Assembly: GCA_963747235.1 (NCBI GenBank)
Contig: CAVVEU010000040.1
Location: 320,001-384,000 of the forward strand
Length of the DNA stretch: 64,000 bases
Direction: 5' to 3'
DNA from: an uncultured Candidatus Rokubacteria bacterium
GTDB lineage: Bacteria > Methylomirabilota > Methylomirabilia > Rokubacteriales > CSP1-6
The position numbers and the translations under genes were made by a program. Of this stretch, positions 58,675 through 64,000 are shown piece by piece; position 1 is the stretch's first letter; the number at the start of each line of letters is the position of its first letter. Below the pieces are notes generated by a model. It worked only from the letters and a program-made list of their open reading frames with translations, was not told where the DNA came from and did no database searches.

Positions 58675-59837
58675 GCACCGATCTGACCGCAGTCATGAAG
58701 GTGGCGGACCGGCCCCCCGTGGTCATGGTGGAGGGGCACGGATCCTGGCTCCAGGACGAGGACGGCAAGAGCTATCTCGACTTCGTGCAGGGCTGGGCGG
58801 TGAACTGCCTCGGGCACTCCCCGTCCGTCATGACCGAGGCGATCGCGTTCCAGGCCGGGCGCCTGATCAACTGCAGCCCCGCCTACTACAACGCGGAGAT
58901 GGCGCGGCTGGCGCGCCTGCTCGCGGACCGCGCCGGGCTCGCGCAGGTCTTCTTCTGCAACAGCGGCGCGGAGGCCAACGAGGGCGCGATCAAGCTGGCG
59001 CGGAAGTGGGGCGCGCGCTACCGCGACGGCGCGCACGAGATCATCACGATGGATCACGGCTTCCACGGCCGCACGCTGGCCACCATGGCCGCCTCGGGCA
59101 AGCCCGCGTGGGAGGCGCTCTTCGAGCCCAAGGTTGGGGGCTTCACCAAGGTGCCGCTCGGCGATCTCGACGCGGTCAAGCGCGCGATCACCCCGCGCAC
59201 GGTGGCGGTCATGCTCGAGCCCATCCAGGGCGAGGCCGGCGTCTACCCGGCGGGCGACGACTTCATCCGCGGGCTCCGCGCGGTCACGAAGGAGGCCGGC
59301 ATGCTGCTGATCCTCGACGAGATCCAGACCGGCATCGGGCGCACGGGGCGATTCTTCGCCTTCGAGCACGCGGGCGTCGAGCCCGACATCCTGACCCTCG
59401 GCAAGGGGCTGGGCGGCGGCGTGCCGCTCGCGGCCCTGCTGGCCGCCGAGCCCGTGTGCTGCTTCGAGTACGGCGACCAGGGCGGCACCTTCAACGGCTC
59501 CCCGCTCATGACCGCCATCGGCAGCGCGGTGGTCGAGACCGTGGGCCGCCCCGCGTTCCTGGCCGACGTGGTCGCCACCGGCGAGTACCTGGCGGATCGG
59601 CTGCGCGAGCTGTCCGCTGCCCTCGGCCACGGCGAGGTGCGCGGACGTGGTCTTCTGCTCGCGCTCGAGCTCCGGGGCAAGGACGCGGCGAAGGTCGCGC
59701 GCAGCGCGATGGACCACGGCCTGCTGATCAACGCGCCGCGGCCGGACACGCTGCGCTTCATGCCCGCGCTGAACGTGACGCGCGAGGAGATCGACCAGAT
59801 GCTCTTCTTGCTCTCGGGGGTGCTTCGCGAGAGCTAG
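58671..59837 (+). CDS. argD: Acetylornithine aminotransferase
   Basis: YLDFVQGWAVNCLGH, NSGAEANE, FHGRT, EPIQGEAG, DEIQTG, LGKGLGGG. Confidence 0.92.
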   Translation: MSTDLTAVMKVADRPPVVMVEGHGSWLQDEDGKSYLDFVQGWAVNCLGHSPSVMTEAIAFQAGRLINCSPAYYNAEMARLARLLADRAGLAQVFFCNSGAEANEGAIKLARKWGARYRDGAHEIITMDHGFHGRTLATMAASGKPAWEALFEPKVGGFTKVPLGDLDAVKRAITPRTVAVMLEPIQGEAGVYPAGDDFIRGLRAVTKEAGMLLILDEIQTGIGRTGRFFAFEHAGVEPDILTLGKGLGGGVPLAALLAAEPVCCFEYGDQGGTFNGSPLMTAIGSAVVETVGRPAFLADVVATGEYLADRLRELSAALGHGEVRGRGLLLALELRGKDAAKVARSAMDHGLLINAPRPDTLRFMPALNVTREEIDQMLFLLSGVLRES

Positions 59838-59861
59838 CGTGCCGGCGGGGCGGGGGCCCCG

Positions 59862-60222
59862 CTACCCGCCCATGAACTGCCCGAGTAGCGTGATGCGCTC
59901 GCCGCCGATCAGCGGCGTGTCCAGGTCGTAGGTGACGCCGAGGACCTCGTCGTTGACGAGGACTTCGATGTGGGAGCCGAGCTCGGAGTGGTCGGGGCTC
60001 CAGAGGGCGGCGTCGAGCTCGGGGAAGCGGGCGGTGAAGCGGCGGAGGACCGTGCGCGGGGTGTCACCTCGCCCGATCGGCTTCGTCGAAGAGCTTGCTG
60101 CCGGTGCCGTCGCCGCCGGCGTGCTTGGTCACCCATGTGGTGACTTCTATATGCGCTCGGGACGGTATATCCGCTCGGCTCGCCTTCGGCTGCGCCTCGC
60201 CAGGCAACTGCTTGCTCTCCAC
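59862..60222 (-). CDS. MoaD/ThiS-family ubiquitin-like sulfur carrier (frameshift near 60080)
   Basis: Manual: ..FTARFPELDAALW..IEVLVNDEV..DLDTPLIGGERITLLGQFMGG*; C-terminal GG. Confidence 0.78.
60166..60210 (-). repeat. 45-bp intragenic repeat, copy 2
   Basis: Reverse complement CAGTTGCCTGGCGAGGCGCAGCCGAAGGCGAGCCGAGCGGATATA; 40/45 to 34110-34154. Confidence 0.8.
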
Positions 60223-60226
60223 CCGT

Positions 60227-62140
60227 CTACTTCTTGCCGTAGAGGTCCTTGGCGAGCCAGTCGAGGTCGAGGGAGCGCAGGAGCTCTTTCTTGGGCTTGC
60301 CGGTCTTGCGGTCGTAGTTGACCGTCTCGTACCAGACCTCGAGCATGCGGTCCCACTGCTTGCGGACGTCGTGCTCCTTCGCGGGGCCGTCCACCGGCTG
60401 CGAGCCATAGCGGGCCGACGGGTACTCCACCTCGGTGCCGATGCCGCAGCGCAGGTTGAAGGCGCGCAGGATCGCGGCGGTGCGGTTGCCGAAGCGCACC
60501 GCGTCGTTCAGACGATAGTCCCAGCCCGTCGCGGCCGATAGCGCGCTGGCCAGGTTCGCGATGCGGGTGCGGAAGGTGAACGAGCAGCCGCCCAGGGAGT
60601 CCTCGAAGTGGCGCCGGCCGCGAATCATGCCGACCAGCTTGGCCACCTGCTCGCCGTCGAAGGGATTGATGCGGCCGGGGGCGCCCACCTCGGTCTGGAA
60701 CGTCGGGTTGGCGCTCTCCATGGTCCCGTTGGACGACGTGCACGTGTCGAGCATCTCCTCCCACCGGCCCCGGTGATCGTGGCCGCGGGGCGAGGCGCCC
60801 TTCATGGTGTAGACCGCGCACTCGGCCGCCTTGCCGCCGATCTTCTCGGAGGCGCGCTTGACGCCCTCGGCCAGGATGTCGCCGAAGCCCTGCCGATGGC
60901 TGATCATCTGGAGCAGCTTGTTGGCGCCCTCGACGTCGCCCCACGTGAGGCGGAAGCCCACCTGCTTCTCGGTGAGGTAGCCCTTCTCCATGCACTCCAT
61001 CACCCAGCCGCAGACCCAGCCGAACTCGTTGACGTCCACGCAGGCGCGATCGATGCGCGTGTTCAGCCAGGAGACCGGGACCTTGTCGGTGAGGCCGATC
61101 GTCCAGCCCGCACCCGACCAGCCCTCGTACTCCGGCTCGTCGACGCGCTCACCCGCGTGCGGACCGCTCGGGATCACCTGGATGTGGCAGTGGCGCATGC
61201 CGCAGGCGTTGCACTGATGCCCGCGGTGATCGAAGCCCTCGCGGAGCTTCCTGCCTTCCCACTCCTTCATGTCCACGTCGCCGGTGAGATTGGTCGTGTA
61301 GTTCTTGATCGGCAGCGCCCCGAGCCTCGAGAGGTTCACCACGCCCGGGAGCGTCCCCAGGTTGTAGAGCGTGGACGTCGAGGGGTCGGTCTTGAGATCG
61401 TGCGCGATGTCGTCGGCCACCTGGATGAGCCCGCGGGCGTCGTGGGCGGCCAGCGCCTTGGTCCCGCGCACGATGCACACCGCCTTGAGCTTCTTCTTGC
61501 CCATCACCGCGCCGCAGCCGTTCTTGGAGGCCACGTGCCCGTAGTCGCCGTGGATGGCCGCGAAGCGCACCAGGTTCTCGCCCGCGGGCCCGATCCCATA
61601 GACCGAGAGCCGATGGCCGGCGAGGCCGTGCTCGGCCTCGAGCGCCTGCTGCGTTTCCCAGGTGTCCTTGCCGGCCAGATGGGCCGCGTCGCGCACCTCG
61701 ACCACGTCGTCGTTGATGTAGAGGTAGGAGAGCTTCTTGGCCTGCCCCTGCATCACGATGGCGTCGTAGCCCGAGTACTTGAGCGCGGCGCCGAAGAAGC
61801 CGTTGGCCTGCGTGGACGTGGCGCCGCCCGTCAGCGCGCCGCGCGTGATGACGGTGAGCCCGCCCGTCCCCCACACCGGCAGGCCGGCCAGCGGACCGGT
61901 GGCCATGATGAGGCGGTTGTCGGGATGGTCCCACTGCACCTTCGGGCCGACCTCGTCGTAGAGGATCTTGGCGCCGAGCCCGATGCCGCCGACGTACTCG
62001 CGCCGATCCGCCTCGCTCCAGGCCTCGGTCCAGGTCTTGCCGGTGGACAGGTTCACGCGGAGGAGCTTGCCGGCATAGGCGTAGATCGGCGTCGCCGCGG
62101 GCTTGGCGGCGGCGCGGGTCGTGGTCGCGGTCGGGCTCAT
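60227..62140 (-). CDS. Aldehyde:ferredoxin oxidoreductase (AOR/WOR family, W-pterin)
   Basis: YAGKLLRVNLS, ATGPLAG, LKYSGYDAIV, IGPAGENLVRFA, GAVMGKKKLKA, CNACGMRHC, EPEYE, DILAEG. Confidence 0.9.
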   Translation of the reverse strand: MSPTATTTRAAAKPAATPIYAYAGKLLRVNLSTGKTWTEAWSEADRREYVGGIGLGAKILYDEVGPKVQWDHPDNRLIMATGPLAGLPVWGTGGLTVITRGALTGGATSTQANGFFGAALKYSGYDAIVMQGQAKKLSYLYINDDVVEVRDAAHLAGKDTWETQQALEAEHGLAGHRLSVYGIGPAGENLVRFAAIHGDYGHVASKNGCGAVMGKKKLKAVCIVRGTKALAAHDARGLIQVADDIAHDLKTDPSTSTLYNLGTLPGVVNLSRLGALPIKNYTTNLTGDVDMKEWEGRKLREGFDHRGHQCNACGMRHCHIQVIPSGPHAGERVDEPEYEGWSGAGWTIGLTDKVPVSWLNTRIDRACVDVNEFGWVCGWVMECMEKGYLTEKQVGFRLTWGDVEGANKLLQMISHRQGFGDILAEGVKRASEKIGGKAAECAVYTMKGASPRGHDHRGRWEEMLDTCTSSNGTMESANPTFQTEVGAPGRINPFDGEQVAKLVGMIRGRRHFEDSLGGCSFTFRTRIANLASALSAATGWDYRLNDAVRFGNRTAAILRAFNLRCGIGTEVEYPSARYGSQPVDGPAKEHDVRKQWDRMLEVWYETVNYDRKTGKPKKELLRSLDLDWLAKDLYGKK

Positions 62141-63490
62141 AGGGCCACCGTTTGGGGGAGCTGGGGTGATTGAGACGGCCGGCCCAGGATGGTCTGGGGC
62201 AGCAGCCGCGAGGTCGTGTGCAGCGCGATGAACGCGGGCTTGATGTCGAACGGATTCGCCTTGAGGTGCGCCTTCCAGGTCGAGCAATCCACGCCCGAGT
62301 AGACGAGGCCCTTCAGCATGCCGACGTCGTTGGTGGTCCACACCGCCTCGGCCGGCCCGCAGATCACCGCGCCGGTCAGACGCCCGCCGTGGAAGAGCAG
62401 CTTGCGATACTCCGAGCGGCCGGCGCGCAGCGCGGTGTAGACCTCGGCCTTCGGGTCCTCCCACTGGCCGAACGAGGCCACGTCCAGATGCGCGACCTCG
62501 ACGATGTTCATGAGCAGGCTGCCGCGATAGGCCACGTCGCGGCCCGTCATGTTGGCGCCGACCACGCGCCCGTGCTCCTGAGCGGTCGGCTCGATGGCGT
62601 GCACCTCGGCCGCGCCGGTGATCAGGTTGCGCCCGCGCGCCACGTCGCCCGCCGCGTAGACGGTCTTGACGCTCGAGCGCAGGTGATCGTCCACGATGAT
62701 CCCGCCGGGGGCCTCGGTGCCCATCTCGATGCCCGAGCCCTGCAGCCACTCGAGGTTGGTCCGGATGCCGGTGGCCATGATCACCAGGTCGGCGGTGAGC
62801 GGCTCGCCCTTCTTGAAGGAGAGCTTCCGCTTGCCGCCCGCCTGCTCGATCTTGGTCACGGTGGCGCCGGTGCGCACCGCCACGTCGTGGTCCTCGAGCC
62901 ACCGCTGCACGATGCCCGCGCAGGCGTCGTCCACCATGCGGGGCAGGATGCGGGGGGCCACTTCCACGATCGTGAGCTTGGCCCCGCGGGCCAGGATCGC
63001 GTTCAGGATCGTGAACGCGATGAAGCCGGCCCCGATCATGACCACGCGGCTGCCCGGCGCGATGCCGGCCACCACGTCCTTGGCCTCGTCGAGGGTCCAG
63101 AAGCAGTGGATCCCGGGGCCGTCGGCGCCGGGGATGGGCGCCTTGGCGGCCCGCGAGCCGGTGGCGATCAGGCAGTCGTCGAACTCGACCTTGGCGTCGT
63201 CGTCCAGGGTGAGAGTCCGGGCCGCCGGGTCGAGGGCCTTCGCCTTCCGCCCGACCAGCGGTTTCACCTTCCAGGCGGTCAGGGAAGCCGGCGGCGCAGT
63301 ATACACATGGCTCTCGGAGATGGTCCCCCAGAGGTAGTACGGCAGGACCATCCGGGAGTAGGGGCGCTCCGCGGAGACCAGGGTGATCTCGGAAGCGTCC
63401 ATGCCGACGCATCCGCTCTTCTTCTCGGATCGTCCGGATCGCGTTCAGCCCCGCGGTGCCGCCGCCGACGATCAGGTGACGGGCCGGCAT
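62137..63490 (-). CDS. FAD-dependent pyridine nucleotide-disulfide oxidoreductase (AorC-like; frameshift near 63410)
   Basis: IVGGGTAG, PYSRMVLP, LIATGS, IGAGFIA, ATGIRTN, YAAGDVA. Confidence 0.85.
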
Positions 63491-63963
63491 CAGCGGGCCT
63501 CCACCGCGAGCACCCGCGCGGTGCGCTCGGCCGCGAAGTCGCCGATCCAGTCGGCGGTCTCCACGTCCTCGAAGGTGATCGCCTCGGTCGGGCAGGCGGA
63601 GGCGCACGCGGGCGCGCCGCCGCAGAGGTTGCACTTGTAGGCCTTCTGGGTGTCGCCGTCGTAGAACATCGTCCCGTAGGGGCACGCGATCGTACAGAGC
63701 TTGCACCCCACGCAGGTGTCGTCCATCACGTCCTTGGCGCCCGCCGCGTTGATCTGGATCGCGCCCACCGGGCAGGCGGTCATGCACCAGCCCTCGGCGC
63801 ACTGGGTGCAGGTGTACGGCGCGTAGGAGGTGTAGCCCTCGAAGGGCGAGACGCGGATCACCGACTTGGACGGCTGGAAGAGGCCGGTCTGCATGTAGGA
63901 GCAGGCCAGCTCGCACCGGAGGCAGCCGGTGCACTTCTCGGGGTGGAGCGCGAGGACTTTCAC
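63490..63963 (-). CDS. 4Fe-4S dicluster ferredoxin-like subunit (AorA-like)
   Basis: CTGCLRCELAC, CTQC..CMTACP, CVGCKLCTIACP, KCNLC..CASACP. Confidence 0.9.
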   Translation of the reverse strand: MKVLALHPEKCTGCLRCELACSYMQTGLFQPSKSVIRVSPFEGYTSYAPYTCTQCAEGWCMTACPVGAIQINAAGAKDVMDDTCVGCKLCTIACPYGTMFYDGDTQKAYKCNLCGGAPACASACPTEAITFEDVETADWIGDFAAERTARVLAVEAR

Positions 63964-64000
63964 GGTCGGCGACGCTTCCCTTTCCGTCCCGGCGCGGATC

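Noticed and set aside
62141-62175. CCCCAGCTCCCCCAAAC tract in the FAD-subunit tail as another repeat copy
   Set aside because: Similarity to the 26980/54652 motif is too short and low-complexity to support.
60227-63934. 1235-aa AOR mega-ORF
   Set aside because: The N-terminal half is mostly off-frame translation of the ferredoxin and FAD genes; AOR starts at 62140.

Overview
Very GC-rich bacterial chromosome segment, densely coding, with no rRNA, tRNA, CRISPR, phage or transposase gene seen. Gene content and style suggest Ca. Rokubacteria/Methylomirabilota (inference only). About 20 genes carry single-base frameshifts, most likely uncorrected long-read errors; these create several false fusions in the ORF track. 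Left to right: (1) a minus-strand run of icd, aconitase, HIT protein, an atypical Sdh/Frd-like complex, TlpA, SoxZ/SoxY, a Tat-less molybdoenzyme with a fused 4Fe-4S/NrfD partner, TauE and FccAB; (2) threonine synthase-like, EF-G2, UroD-family, amidohydrolase and FAH-family genes; (3) a ~19 kb divergent hopanoid/membrane-lipid supercluster: cruF-like, hpnH, orf, hpnG, hpnA, hpnD, two Zn-dehydrogenases, pagL-like, ispH on the minus strand, and mlaEFD, mlaC/hpnM, phosphono/sulfopyruvate decarboxylase, cytidylyltransferase, CDP-alcohol phosphotransferase, flippase-like, ino1, hpnN on the plus strand; (4) Mo-oxidoreductase, 2OG-Fe(II) oxygenase and a divergent malate synthase; (5) a garR-GNAT-copC-copD-AKR-mce-SDR run; (6) trpE(G) with a Trp-rich leader peptide and attenuator; (7) argR-GNAT-argD with tandem ARG boxes; (8) an aldehyde oxidoreductase (AOR) operon with MoaD. 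Best candidates for undescribed biology: the hopanoid cluster with a polar head-group module and paired dehydrogenases; the SoxYZ/FccAB/molybdoenzyme/non-canonical Sdh-like sulfur module; and a 45-bp repeat found inside two unrelated coding sequences.
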